NCBI GenBank assembly: GCA_965237955.1
Contig: OZ250169.1
Location: forward strand, 832,001 to 896,000
DNA length: 64,000 nucleotides
Source of the DNA: Candidatus Marinacidobacterales bacterium
GTDB lineage: Bacteria > Acidobacteriota > Vicinamibacteria > Marinacidobacterales > SMYC01
Direction of reading: 5' to 3'
The position numbers and the translations under genes were made by a program. Each line of letters starts with the position of its first letter. The stretch's first letter is position 1. Positions 25,201 through 35,339 of the stretch are shown here, one piece after another. The notes beneath the pieces are model-generated. The model had not been told where the DNA came from. It did no database searches and saw nothing but the letters and a program-made list of their open reading frames with translations.

Positions 25201-26243
25201 CCGGTCGCGAGTGCACGGAAGACCACCTTCATGCCCTCGTAGCGGTCATAGTGGCGGTCCCACGTCGCACCGCGCACGCAGTGCGCCCTGAGCATCGCAA
25301 GACCATAGCCGTCGATATAGAGCGTTCGAGCATCCCTCTTGGCGTTGGTGGGATGGAGAAGATTCCGGTCCTCGGCCACCATCAAGAAGATGAGCCGGTA
25401 GACGAGGCGCAGGAGCTCGTTGAACCAGACCGTCAACGATAGCGCGCCTGACTGAAGCCGTGCGGCGAGGCTTGGGTTTACGTCGAGGAAGCTCGAGCCA
25501 AGAACGCGGAGGGCGACCTCGACCTGGCCTGCCAGCCGGTCCCTTGCAGCCTCTCCTTCGCGCGCACCGGCTTCCCGCCAACGTTCAAGGGCGCAGTCGG
25601 TGGCGGGGGTTCCGGCCGCCCCGAAGCGGGAACGGTGAATGAGAAGCCAGAGCGCCGCGAAGGAGGCCGCGTCCTCGTTGGTGAAGATCTGGCTGAGGTC
25701 GGCCTCGATATGGGCGGGCCGAGTGAGCGAGGCATTGTCGCGCAGCAGGCGAAGATGAACGCCGTTGGTGGCAAGGCCCCAGAGCGCCTCATCATGCTCA
25801 TTCAGATAGTCCTGAAGCGAGAACATGGGAGAACGCGACCTGTCGGTCGAAAGGGTTGGGCTGCGCCTTTCGAGTGACTCCAACGGAGGCACGACGATGA
25901 TCGGTACGCGTTGGCCTCCAGCGATGCAGGTAACCATGCCCGATGTGTCCGTGAGGTCGGCGAATCCGAAGGTTTCCTTCAGGAAGTCATGCGCGAAGCG
26001 GCGCGTCGCTTCTGCCGAGGGCGTGTCTATTTTGGTGAACCCATCGAAGTGCGCCTGTCCGACACGGAAAGCGAGGGAAATTTCCTCTCTGATGGTGAGT
26101 CCCTTGCGAACCTCGTAATCGTCTTCGGTCTGCTCCGCGGCCTCACGGCGGTCGATTTTCGCGACCATCGCCGGAGCAATCAGATTCCCCTCGAGCGAAA
26201 GCGCCGGCCAAGCGGACATATCGGTGACTTGCTTGCGCGCCAT
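22260..26243 (-). CDS. Large N6-adenine DNA methyltransferase (type IIG/Eco57I-like, DrmMI-like)
   Basis: GSYYTP, DPACGSGHFL (motif I), GNPPW (motif IV) and a C-terminal TRD-like region. Confidence 0.92.
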   Translation of the reverse strand: MARKQVTDMSAWPALSLEGNLIAPAMVAKIDRREAAEQTEDDYEVRKGLTIREEISLAFRVGQAHFDGFTKIDTPSAEATRRFAHDFLKETFGFADLTDTSGMVTCIAGGQRVPIIVVPPLESLERRSPTLSTDRSRSPMFSLQDYLNEHDEALWGLATNGVHLRLLRDNASLTRPAHIEADLSQIFTNEDAASFAALWLLIHRSRFGAAGTPATDCALERWREAGAREGEAARDRLAGQVEVALRVLGSSFLDVNPSLAARLQSGALSLTVWFNELLRLVYRLIFLMVAEDRNLLHPTNAKRDARTLYIDGYGLAMLRAHCVRGATWDRHYDRYEGMKVVFRALATGEDALALPALGGLFGADQLPHLASARLQNSAFMEAVYRLSWLSDQSGMVPVNWRAMETEELGSVYESLLELQPQLADDGRALVFASDVSEQKGNQRKTTGSYYTPDSLVQALLDTALDPVPERIEAEAKDPAKALLRLSVIDPACGSGHFLLAAARRIATRLARIRAEGTPSLADFRHALRDVARCCIHGVDRNPMAVELTKVALWIETVDPGLPLGFFDAQVRCGDALLGIFDLKVLEDGIPDAAYKPLTGDDKVTAKYYLRANRDATAGQGEFDFSTGQAVLPAIKPLAGDFSGFRNLPEDTVEQIGAKATRFQELREKEAFASARAASDLYVGAFLLPKIGGTPLSTKARTVPTTDEVWLALSQGTIRQSMTGAPEAARQARAFHWPLEFPDIMARDGFDVVLGNPPWERIKLQEQEFFAARSPEIAGAQNKAARARLIKALEIAPKDSTEHALHAAFIDAKHQAEATSEFVRIPDDEGGRFVLTGRGDVNTYALFAELFSRLTRDRAGVIVPTGIATDATTAAFFAALVEERRLAQLVDFENRDRLFPIDSRIKFSLLTLGRNEGAARFAFFLTDPAQLAEPERNFPLSPEQIAAINPNTRTVPIFRSRTDAELTAKIYANAPILIDESKGKQGNPWGVSFARLFDMSNDSSLFRTARELAEAGFVREGTDWVCSAQRPSQGARAGDKIDGGSLPLSDSGPRAMRYVPLYEAKMIHQFDHRWAGYDEDGESSANLGQTEKQRPTCEPAPRYWVPDTEVNERLIAKGWSRGWLMGWRDIARATDERTVIACLVPRVAYNDKFLLMLPDHCTSRVSALYANLNSLVTDFIARQKVGGTSFKFFTMRQITLLPPSFYTQERVTFLTPKVLELTYTSHAMTSFARDLGYEGPPFAWDEKRRAYLRADLDAFYARAYGLTRDELRYILDPADVKGPDYPSETFRVLKEKEVRQYGEYRTRRLVLAAWDQMEVSGQFTELDL

Positions 26244-26246
26244 GGC

Positions 26247-29012
26247 TCACGCCTCGCTCGGCAACAGAACGAAGAGGCCGATGACGTCAGGGGGCTGGAC
26301 GCCTTCCACGCTCACGCGCGATGCCGACCCTGCAGCCGCCCGCAGTCTGGCATGGTCTTCCGCAAGCTTATCAGCACGCACGCGTACGAACTCGCCGATG
26401 GGACCGGCCACGAGGTCGGGCAGATCTTCCTGCGCGCGTTGGATGAACCGATCCCTTGCCGTTGGAGCCAGATCGGCAGCGGCGGGTGTGTCGAGGAGCG
26501 TCTTTGCGGCATCGCCCGATGCGACAATGGTGCCGTCGTGCAAGGCGACCAGCGCGGCTTCTTCCGCGAGCAGCAGGCGTTCCTTTCGGGCATGGATTGT
26601 GAGCTTGAAGCGAAGCCTCAGAAGCGCGATCCACGTCACGCGTTCCACGGCTGGGGTCGGCCATGCCCCCACACGACCGATTCCAAGGTTGGCGAGCGTT
26701 TCGGGGTCGAGCGATGCCTCGACAAGCGCCTCCGCAAGGGTTGCGGTGCGGGGGTGGGTCCGTGTGAGAAGCGCTGTCCCTGAGGGGGCTGGCTCGGACG
26801 GGGCAAGCCGCACAGACCGGGACATACCTTGTTGCGCCAGGCGCTCGCGCAGTCCGGCTTCGAGCGCATGAACGTGGGCCACGAGGACCGACCTCCGTGG
26901 CTCCAGGGGGACGCCAAAACGCGACATGGTGCGTTCGATGAAGGTGCGAGCTGCCTCCGGCGAACCGAGGAAGCTTGCAGCCTTTTTCCATTCGGGAGCC
27001 ACTTCTTGCGGCTTCATAGTGTTCTGGGCGAAGCGAGTCCGGGAGCGTTTCTCCTTCTCCGAGACGTCGCGCCAACGGGTTTCGACGAGGCGAGCACCGT
27101 CCTTGAGACGCAGATCGAGTGTCATCTGCTCCCTACCGCCCTGGCGAAGCATCATCGAAGCCATGAGGGCATCGGTGACGGGGGCCCGTTCGTCCGGGAG
27201 GGGCACGGTCACGCCAGTCACCTTACGGATCTCCTCGGCCTTGCGCAGGATGACGTCCAGGACGGCACCGTCGATCGCGCTCGCCGGCGAGAACATCATG
27301 ATCGAATGGACGAGTTCGGCGGGCTGGCCGAAACGGTCGACGCGACCCTCCCGCTGCTGATGGCGGGTCGGATTCCACGAAAGATCGTAATGAACCACCG
27401 TGTCGAAGAGCTGCTGGAGATTGATCCCCTCCGACAAGCAGTCGGTAGCGACCAGAATACGCTGGACCTCTTTCTCGTCTTCCGCAGGCGCCATATCGGC
27501 GACCCGGTCCCGTCGCTCGTCCGGTGTGAGCACTCCAGTGACGGCCTCGACGCGCAACTTCGGGAAGGATTTCCGCAGGCCGTTGCGAACGTGCTCTGCC
27601 GTGGCAAGATACCGGCAGAAGACGACCGGGTTCGCGCCCTTCTTCAGGAGGGGAGTGAGGACACCGACCAGCGCGTCGAGCTTCGGATCGGGCTCCTTCG
27701 TCAGGCGTTCAGCGTGCCGGACAAGGCTCAGGAGGGCAGGATCCGCATCGAACGCCACGCTCGGCTCGATGTCGACGGCGTCCTCGTCATCCCCATCCTC
27801 GTCGTAGATCTGAGACTCTAGACGCTCGGCTTCATGCGTCATGCGGTTACGCAGTGCGCTCAGAGCTGCGGTGGTTGACGAGCCGATGCAACGCATCAAT
27901 GCCAGCGTTCCCCAGAACGCCAGTCGGCGCTCGCGCTGGCTGGTTCCCGCACGGGAGACCACGCCCAGGCAATAGTCGAGGACGGCTTCCTGGAAATCGA
28001 GATAGGCCTTCGATAGTGGATAGGGCGTCTCCGTAGTTTCGTGCTTCGGGAAGGCACGCTCCTCGCCCCATTCGCCAGATACCAAATCGATTCTTCGCCG
28101 CTGCACGAAGTGACGGGCCAGGCGCTCCCGGTAACGGGCGTCGTCGAAGCTCAGAGAGGCAAATTCCAGGTCGACCAGGGACAGAAGGCGTGAGAACGCC
28201 TCCTCATCACCCGAATGCGGCGTGGCTGTCAGCAGGATCATGCGCCGTTGCGGATCGCGGGCGAGACCTTGGAGAAGTGCAAACCGCTGCTGCTTACCTT
28301 TATGAGTGCCCACGCAGGCATGGGCCTCATCCACGATCACGAAGTCGGGACAAGCCCGGGCGAATCCCTCTCGCCGCTTCTCAGCCTTGATGTAGTCCAG
28401 GCTGACCACCGTGTAGGGATAGGCATCGAAAAGCGTCTGCGCAACGGGAAGGCCACGCTCCAGCCGCGCGGCGGAGCCCGATGTGACCGCTACGGGGTCC
28501 ATACCGAAGCGGGATTTCAGTTCGAGCACCCATTGTTCGACGAGGTGAGGCGGGCATAGGACCGAGAAGGCATCGACCTCGCCGCGATCCAAGAATTCCC
28601 GAAGGATGAGACCAGCTTCAATCGTCTTGCCGATACCCACGTCATCCGCTATCAAGAGGCGAGGCACTTGGAGGCGAAGCGCCATCAGCAGCGGCACAAG
28701 CTGATAGGTCCGTGGCTCGAAAGCGAGCTGCGCTGCTGAGCGGAAAGGACCGGCCCCGCGCCGGAGAGTGAGGCGAAGCGCATCGGCAAGAAGAGCCGCC
28801 TTCGACTGGACCGTTGGAACGGCGTTTTCGGGCAGGTAGAAGCGGGCAGGTCCGACGGGCTCGCTCTCGAGCCGGGGGTCGAGAAGAACAGTGTCCTTCT
28901 CGTTGCCGGAAAGGGGGCGCAGCGCGAGTAGGTGGTCTCGGGGTGCTGGTAAGGCAACCCATTCCCGACCCCGGGCACGGACAAGGTCGCCTGGAGCAAA
29001 GGAAAGAGGCAT
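26247..29012 (-). CDS. SNF2/RapA-like SF2 helicase (DrmD-like)
   Basis: LLIADDVGIGKT, DEAH, TATPH, SEGINLQ, WNPTRHQQREGRVDR. Start assigned to MPLSF. Confidence 0.92.
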   Translation of the reverse strand: MPLSFAPGDLVRARGREWVALPAPRDHLLALRPLSGNEKDTVLLDPRLESEPVGPARFYLPENAVPTVQSKAALLADALRLTLRRGAGPFRSAAQLAFEPRTYQLVPLLMALRLQVPRLLIADDVGIGKTIEAGLILREFLDRGEVDAFSVLCPPHLVEQWVLELKSRFGMDPVAVTSGSAARLERGLPVAQTLFDAYPYTVVSLDYIKAEKRREGFARACPDFVIVDEAHACVGTHKGKQQRFALLQGLARDPQRRMILLTATPHSGDEEAFSRLLSLVDLEFASLSFDDARYRERLARHFVQRRRIDLVSGEWGEERAFPKHETTETPYPLSKAYLDFQEAVLDYCLGVVSRAGTSQRERRLAFWGTLALMRCIGSSTTAALSALRNRMTHEAERLESQIYDEDGDDEDAVDIEPSVAFDADPALLSLVRHAERLTKEPDPKLDALVGVLTPLLKKGANPVVFCRYLATAEHVRNGLRKSFPKLRVEAVTGVLTPDERRDRVADMAPAEDEKEVQRILVATDCLSEGINLQQLFDTVVHYDLSWNPTRHQQREGRVDRFGQPAELVHSIMMFSPASAIDGAVLDVILRKAEEIRKVTGVTVPLPDERAPVTDALMASMMLRQGGREQMTLDLRLKDGARLVETRWRDVSEKEKRSRTRFAQNTMKPQEVAPEWKKAASFLGSPEAARTFIERTMSRFGVPLEPRRSVLVAHVHALEAGLRERLAQQGMSRSVRLAPSEPAPSGTALLTRTHPRTATLAEALVEASLDPETLANLGIGRVGAWPTPAVERVTWIALLRLRFKLTIHARKERLLLAEEAALVALHDGTIVASGDAAKTLLDTPAAADLAPTARDRFIQRAQEDLPDLVAGPIGEFVRVRADKLAEDHARLRAAAGSASRVSVEGVQPPDVIGLFVLLPSEA

Positions 29013-29017
29013 TTCGG

Positions 29018-32000
29018 TCAGTCTCTCAATGCCGCAATCAATTCGGCCGGCAGGCCTTCGGATGAGTCGGCCGGCAGTTCGAAGAGGCTCCATCCCCGGT
29101 CGTCCGCTGCGGCCTTCACCGCCTCCGGAATAACGCCCGCTCTCGCGGCAACGTAATGGCTATGCCAGGTGAAAGGGAACGAAACATCGGCAAGGGTTAG
29201 ATGCCTTGCGTTCGGCGCGGGGATGCCATGTTGGTCGAAGACCTCCGACCAGCCGCCCTCAGTCACAGTGCCTTCCGGCGCAGTCGCGAGCACGACCTTT
29301 CCTCGCGCGAGATCAATCAGCAGTTGCTGTACCGCGACGCTGGCACGGTCGATCAACTCGTGATCGGGCTGGTTGAAATAGGACAGAAGACAACGATAAC
29401 AGCCCCGCACGCAGGCTTCTTCGCGTTCCTTGAGAAGGTTCGGGTCGTCTGCGGCGATGGCGGCATCGACCTCGTCGAAATGCATGAGTTCGAGGGCTTG
29501 CCTCGCAACCTGGTTCAGTGCATCCGGATCTTCAATCAGGCGGCTCAGCACGCCCGCACCGCCCTCGCTTGCCTCATAGGCAAGGACAGCGCGCCGGTTA
29601 TCCCGGCTGGGTAATGGCTCTCCAAGAATTTCGCCTTCCTCAAGCTGGAAGACCACCGCGATACCCCGCATCAGGGCATGCTGGAGTGTGGCGATGGTGC
29701 TCTGGTCATGGCTATCTTCGAACCGAAACAAGAGGGCATTTTTCCGGTCCCGAACAATCGGAACGATCCGCACCAGCCTGACCACATCGGGCCGAACCTC
29801 CACGTCCTCTGGATCCTCATCCTCAGTCTTGGCCCAGTATCCCGTGCGGGGATCGATCGCGAATCCGAGCACAGTTTTGTTGCGGCGCCGCTTCAAGCCT
29901 TTGTTGATCCGACTTATTTCTGCGCTGTTGGCGTATTGCAATTTCATCAGAGGCGTATCCCCGACTTGAAACTCGGCCTCAGTGACCTCGACACGCCCGT
30001 GCTTTCTCGGCCATGCGAAAACGGTCTGAATCTCAAAGCCCTGGCGAATCCGTTCCTCGTCATTGGCGGTGATACGCTCGGTCGGAGCCGCTTCGACATT
30101 GTCGATCCTTAGCGTACGTTTGACCGGTATCGCTCCGGCCATCGGGAACTGGCAGGCGTGACAGCGCTCGACTTCGCCATTGTGAGCCCCACCACAGTTC
30201 GGACAAATCACGATGTCCTGCGTCGCAAGCTGCTGACCATCAGCGGTCCGGACTTCGGGAGGCAGTTTCGCCTTGACGACCCGAAATGCGCGGCCTTCAT
30301 GATAGATGAGACTGCGAGGGCCGAACTCGGAGATAGCAAGAAAGCGGGAGCGCTGCAGGTAGGAACCTGACCTGCCCTCGCCCGGGACGAAGGCGTAGAG
30401 CGGCAACCGGGGAAAATTGTAGCCAGGAAGAAACCCTTCGGTCGCAAGGTAACGGTACGAGTAGAAGTCCGAGCCGTGGGTTGACTTGCCTCGTTCAAGA
30501 AGGGTGACCTGATCCGTGGCCTGCATCTGTGCAGCCTTGATCTTGCGCCGCTCGGCTCCAGATAGTCCTGGCACTTGAGACTGCTTGTTGGCCTCGATCA
30601 GTTGCGTGCGCGCGGAGTCATAAAGGTCACGCCATCGGTCGAAGGCGCTGTTGAACTCCGCAGATGCCTGGGTAGCAACCTCCTTTACATAGTCATCCGG
30701 GTCATCTATCCAGATAGGCTTCCGCTCGCCGACTGATGTGAGGACTTGCTCAAGGACACGGCGCAGCGGGGCGCAGGCCTTGTCCACCAGGGCGGGATCC
30801 CGGATGACCCCCCAAATCTCGTCCCTGAGGGGATAGCCTGGTTTCTGGAGGTCGAGGATTTCGGGAATGTCCGGCGACAGGGCCAGCCCCGCTGTGGCAA
30901 GCCAGACCGCCTGTAGATGAGAAGTGATTAGGTTCTTGTTGGTGATGTCGAGTGCTGGCGGGCGAACCGCACCGGCCACCATGTCGATGCGCCGCTCGAA
31001 AAAATACTGATCATGCGGCGACTGGGCCGCACAGTAAGTGAAAATCAAGGCCGTCTGTCCTGACCGTCCCGCGCGGCCCGCACGCTGCACATAATTGGCG
31101 GGCGTAGGCGGAACATTGCGCAGGTAGACCGTATTCAACGCCGAGATATCGACCCCCAGTTCCATGGTCGGCGTACAGAACAACGCGGGGAGAAACTGTT
31201 TCGATTCCCCGCTGGCCTTGATTTCAGCCTCGCACTCCGCGATCCGTGCTCGGTCGTCGGCTTCGAAGCGGAAACGCCATTCCCGCCATTCCCGTTGCTT
31301 GTGGTTCACCTGGGCCGTATGCTCCCGGCTCTCCATGCCGAACAACGAGCTGGTGTTTGCCTCGAGATCGTCGGCAACTCTGGTATAGAGGCCGCGGAAG
31401 TAAGGATTGCCGACAGCCGCTGCGCTCGGAGTGGCTTTACCTGCAATCAGTCGAATGGCTGAGGGTGATAGACGCCACCCTTGAAGTTCGCCTTCACTGG
31501 CCGTCAAAGTCACAAGCCCTTCTCCGGCCAGAATGGCAAGGAGATTGGTAAGGAAGGTGATGTAGTCGTCCCCACCAAGCTTGGTACCGATGATGCTCTC
31601 ATGGTTAATGAGGCGCGCTATGCGCGAACGCGGACCCGCGCGAAGGATCATCCGTTCTTCACGCAGACTGGTAACTTTCTTGCCAGGGGCTTTCAGGAAG
31701 AGGGTGGTACGCTCCCGCGTTGTTTCCTTGTCATCGATGCTCCAGGGAGCTCGCAGGACCGACCGCGATCTCTGGGCAACGGTGTCCAGAACGGCAAGAT
31801 CGAGAGCCTCGGTATCGACAGCTAAGCCTTCGAGCATGGCCGTTAGCAAAATCCTGATGACCTTCTTGCGAGCGTCATGATCCAGAGAGTCGAGCTCAGG
31901 CAGAATAGCCGCGAGTCTCCCCACGTCCGCAGCCACGTCGTCGAGCCCAACGAAATCCACATCGATCAACTTCAGCACGGAGAGGTTCGGATTAGTGAAA

Positions 32001-34186
32001 CGCCAGCCCCGACGCAAATCAATCCAAACGCGGTGCGCGAGCACTTTGGCCAACGCCCGCTCCGCGTCGCTGCGGACCACGGCCCCAGCCTCGGGACTCA
32101 ACATCCAGTGCACCCGCAGCGCCGTGTTCGCACCCGTAAAACCCAAGGCCCGCTGAACACGGAAGCCAAATTCGTCATCCCGCAGACCATCCTCACCGGC
32201 ATCGAGAACAGCCCGCAGGATGGCTCCACGCAGAAGAGTCACGAACAGAAAATCGTTGAAATGACCCACTTGAAGCGCCGCGTCCTGGCGGTTGTCGGTG
32301 AACCCAAGCAGCTTCCGCTTGTCCTCGGGAACCGCATTGTTGGGTTGGTTCAACCACTCGAGAGCGCTCGAGACGAGAAGCGTGGTCGCCGAGCTTCGCC
32401 CTTCAGCAGTAAGGCCCGCAAGCTTGCTGCGCTCGCGCATGCGGCTTGGCGGCTCATGGAGACAGCAGGCACAAAAGCCGAATTTGCCGGGGATGAACCA
32501 GAAGGGCTCACCGTCGTCGTCGGGATGACCGCTACCCGCGACTCTCACCTTCCTCGGCACGCGGGTTTTCCGGTACGGCCGCAGTTTGAGTAGCTCCTTG
32601 CGCTCTTCCGTCCAGCCTTCCGGAAAGTTCTCGAGCGTGCCGTCGAACCGGTAGTCCGGCTCCCCGAGACCGGCCGGCGTCAGATACCCGGCAACTTCCG
32701 TATCGTCGTCTCTCTCGATTGGGATGTCTTCGATGTTGCGCGGCAGGAAGAGGACACCATCCTCCTGCTCCGTTCTCGTCACCACGTAGTACTCCTGACC
32801 GCACTGGCGGCAGAAGCGAATGGGATAGAGCCGGGTTCCAGGAGCATCGGGATCCTCGAGTTGTCCCTCGAGCAGAACGGTTCGCTCCTTCAAACGCAAT
32901 GTTGCGAAGATGTCACCCGCACCCGCGATGAAACGATGCAGCTTGAAGGCCATAAACGCGTGTTCGCCACTACCACCCCGGTCCTTATCAGGGAGGCTGA
33001 CGCGAGTCAGGAAGTTCTCCAGCACCTCACCGCAGCGCTTGGGGTCGATTCCGCTATCCTGGGCAAGCAACTTGGTAGCTTCGACAAAGGTTATTGGCCG
33101 TCGCCGCTTGAGAATCTGGCCATCCTCCAGACCGAGCACCAGTTCCACCCAAACTGCCAGCGGATGAGTGACGAGCTCTGCATCGGTCAGCCGTTCGGGA
33201 AGGTCTCTCTTGAGTGCATTCGCAAGCTTCGGGACAACGTCTGCGCGCGCCAGACGCTCGTCCGTGGCCCGGCGCAGCGACTCGTCGATCACTCCGTCCA
33301 GGCCGATCGCGGTTCCAAACAGACGTGAAACCACCTTCGAGACTTCCAAGGCCCGGCTGGCACCACTGCCTTCGCTGGACATCGTCGCAGAAGTCCCAAT
33401 ACAGAGTGGAGCCTTGTTAGGCGTACAGCGATCGCGTAGCCGACGAACAAGAATGGCAACGTCAGCGCCCTGGCGGCCGCGGTAGGTATGCAACTCGTCC
33501 AGGACGATGAACTCAAGCCCCCTCGCGTTCGCCATGACTTGAGAATCGACGGGGTCTTGCCGAGTCAGCAAAAGCTCCGCCATCATGAAGTTGGTTAAGA
33601 GAATATCCGGCGGATTGTCCGCGACCCGCTGGCGTTCCTCCTGGTTCTCCTGTCCGGTGTAACGCCGGACCACCGGCCTGAGATTCTCCGAAAGGCCTGA
33701 CTGGTCGATAAATTTGTTGATTTCCTTGACCTGGCTGTTAGCGAGTGCGTTCATCGGATACACGATGATCGCCCGTGTCCTCGGCGCATCGCCAGCCTTC
33801 CGCGCACGGATAATGGCATCCACGATCGGAACGAAAAAACAGAGGGATTTGCCCGAGCCGGTCCCCGTGGTCACAACGAAACTCTGTCCCGCCCGCGCTT
33901 TGGCGAAGGCCTGTCCCTGGTGCCTGTAAAATGGAAGCCGCTTCGACCCGAACGGGAAAACCTGGGCCGTTTCCGGGCAAACGTCGCCGGAGTTGAGGAG
34001 ATCGTCAGCGGTTGGCCCCGCTTCGTATCGCGGATTCAGGGAAAGAAGAGCGTCCGGCCAGAAACGGCCTTCCTTATACTCGCGTTCAATCGCCTCACGT
34101 AGGTCGGGCGCCTTGATGGTACTGAAAGACTGGGAGAATCGAGCGTAGCTCTCGACAATGTGGCGATCAAAAAGAAAGGCCTTCAT
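29018..34186 (-). CDS. 1722-aa DEAD/DEAH-box helicase with C-terminal DUF1998-like Cys cluster (DrmA+DrmB-like / DruE-like)
   Basis: TGTGSGKS, YPMNALANSQ, DELH, SAT, TPTMELGVDI, QRAGRAGR. C-terminal E..EGGAG...C..GCYRCLLSYFNQ..H. Confidence 0.9.
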   Translation of the reverse strand: MKAFLFDRHIVESYARFSQSFSTIKAPDLREAIEREYKEGRFWPDALLSLNPRYEAGPTADDLLNSGDVCPETAQVFPFGSKRLPFYRHQGQAFAKARAGQSFVVTTGTGSGKSLCFFVPIVDAIIRARKAGDAPRTRAIIVYPMNALANSQVKEINKFIDQSGLSENLRPVVRRYTGQENQEERQRVADNPPDILLTNFMMAELLLTRQDPVDSQVMANARGLEFIVLDELHTYRGRQGADVAILVRRLRDRCTPNKAPLCIGTSATMSSEGSGASRALEVSKVVSRLFGTAIGLDGVIDESLRRATDERLARADVVPKLANALKRDLPERLTDAELVTHPLAVWVELVLGLEDGQILKRRRPITFVEATKLLAQDSGIDPKRCGEVLENFLTRVSLPDKDRGGSGEHAFMAFKLHRFIAGAGDIFATLRLKERTVLLEGQLEDPDAPGTRLYPIRFCRQCGQEYYVVTRTEQEDGVLFLPRNIEDIPIERDDDTEVAGYLTPAGLGEPDYRFDGTLENFPEGWTEERKELLKLRPYRKTRVPRKVRVAGSGHPDDDGEPFWFIPGKFGFCACCLHEPPSRMRERSKLAGLTAEGRSSATTLLVSSALEWLNQPNNAVPEDKRKLLGFTDNRQDAALQVGHFNDFLFVTLLRGAILRAVLDAGEDGLRDDEFGFRVQRALGFTGANTALRVHWMLSPEAGAVVRSDAERALAKVLAHRVWIDLRRGWRFTNPNLSVLKLIDVDFVGLDDVAADVGRLAAILPELDSLDHDARKKVIRILLTAMLEGLAVDTEALDLAVLDTVAQRSRSVLRAPWSIDDKETTRERTTLFLKAPGKKVTSLREERMILRAGPRSRIARLINHESIIGTKLGGDDYITFLTNLLAILAGEGLVTLTASEGELQGWRLSPSAIRLIAGKATPSAAAVGNPYFRGLYTRVADDLEANTSSLFGMESREHTAQVNHKQREWREWRFRFEADDRARIAECEAEIKASGESKQFLPALFCTPTMELGVDISALNTVYLRNVPPTPANYVQRAGRAGRSGQTALIFTYCAAQSPHDQYFFERRIDMVAGAVRPPALDITNKNLITSHLQAVWLATAGLALSPDIPEILDLQKPGYPLRDEIWGVIRDPALVDKACAPLRRVLEQVLTSVGERKPIWIDDPDDYVKEVATQASAEFNSAFDRWRDLYDSARTQLIEANKQSQVPGLSGAERRKIKAAQMQATDQVTLLERGKSTHGSDFYSYRYLATEGFLPGYNFPRLPLYAFVPGEGRSGSYLQRSRFLAISEFGPRSLIYHEGRAFRVVKAKLPPEVRTADGQQLATQDIVICPNCGGAHNGEVERCHACQFPMAGAIPVKRTLRIDNVEAAPTERITANDEERIRQGFEIQTVFAWPRKHGRVEVTEAEFQVGDTPLMKLQYANSAEISRINKGLKRRRNKTVLGFAIDPRTGYWAKTEDEDPEDVEVRPDVVRLVRIVPIVRDRKNALLFRFEDSHDQSTIATLQHALMRGIAVVFQLEEGEILGEPLPSRDNRRAVLAYEASEGGAGVLSRLIEDPDALNQVARQALELMHFDEVDAAIAADDPNLLKEREEACVRGCYRCLLSYFNQPDHELIDRASVAVQQLLIDLARGKVVLATAPEGTVTEGGWSEVFDQHGIPAPNARHLTLADVSFPFTWHSHYVAARAGVIPEAVKAAADDRGWSLFELPADSSEGLPAELIAALRD

Positions 34187-35055
34187 CTAGCGCTCTGGAT
34201 TCGTGCCCGGGAAATGTCTCCGGGGGCATCAGGTTTTCGCCGGGTGCCGTCCCTGATTCTTAACGGATGGAGCCTACCATGGTCAGGTGAATCAGGCGGG
34301 TACTGTCACGTTTTCCACGGCCTGACGGCCACCCTGAATGAACGAAACGCGGTAGTCTCTGGAGGTGGCACCGGCTCAACACGACGCCTGAGGGAGCTCG
34401 GTTTTGACGTCACTGCCCCCAAACGCTACACCCTGAGTTTCTTATTAGTTGGCATCGAACGAGCCAGCCGACCCTGGCCCGGTCGCAAACACAGACACTA
34501 AGCTGCTGATTGATGGTCTATTTCAAAAGGGCCGAGTTTTGGCACAGGACGGGAGCGGGCGCTGACCGGGCCGTGCGGCAGCGGAAAAGAGGCCACCTGA
34601 GAGGCCCAGAATCGAGGCCAGTGCTACCGCGGCGTAGCGGGCCTAGCAAGTTCTGGTCCAGGTGCGGCCCGGTGTGCTCCGCAAAAAGTCGATCCAGCGT
34701 TGATTGCGCGGTTTATACCGGCGTTGTTGCACGGCCCGGAGCTCGCCCCGCAGTCGATTTGAGCCAGCCGTGCGCACCCCCGGTGGGCCTGTCGCTCGCC
34801 ACCCGCAGCCAAGGGTCGTAAGTCAGCCCTGCGGCGCGAAATACCCTCGATTCTGCGCGGATTCCAAGGGCGTCTAAGCTGCTGATTTGTGGTCTATTTC
34901 AAAGGAACTTACAAAGGTAGCTTGACACGCCCGTAAGCCATTGCGTTTAAGCGTCTTCCGAATTAAAGTCCGAGCACCCCACCTCTACATATAGTGGATG
35001 CGCGTTTTAGACCCTGACTACTACATATTGTGCCGACTAGCTCCGGCGTCGCGTG

Positions 35056-35328
35056 TCAAGCGCTTTTTTTCTTGCGGAGTTGCGGGAGATGGTCGGCGGC
35101 ACATTCCTCAATTTCGAAAGTTCGCACCAGTGAGCGCACTACTGCCCTCTCGATACTGGCCTTCCCGGACCTGTGCTTTATATGTTCACCTAAAGGTAGC
35201 TGGTGGAAAAGCTTACTGCCACACTTGATGATCCATTTGTGCCTGCCTTTTTTTTTGCTGTATCCAGGAAGGCATTCATCAAGCATCTTCCAGATCTTAG
35301 TGATTAGAATCTGTCCGTAGCCAGACAT
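35056..35328 (-). CDS. Small basic protein, HicA-like toxin candidate
   Basis: 90 aa with G.H and LP...H...I...V.SL..F.I pattern. Lies directly downstream of the HicB-like gene. Confidence 0.5.
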   Translation of the reverse strand: MSGYGQILITKIWKMLDECLPGYSKKKGRHKWIIKCGSKLFHQLPLGEHIKHRSGKASIERAVVRSLVRTFEIEECAADHLPQLRKKKSA

Positions 35329-35339
35329 GCGCGAAGATT

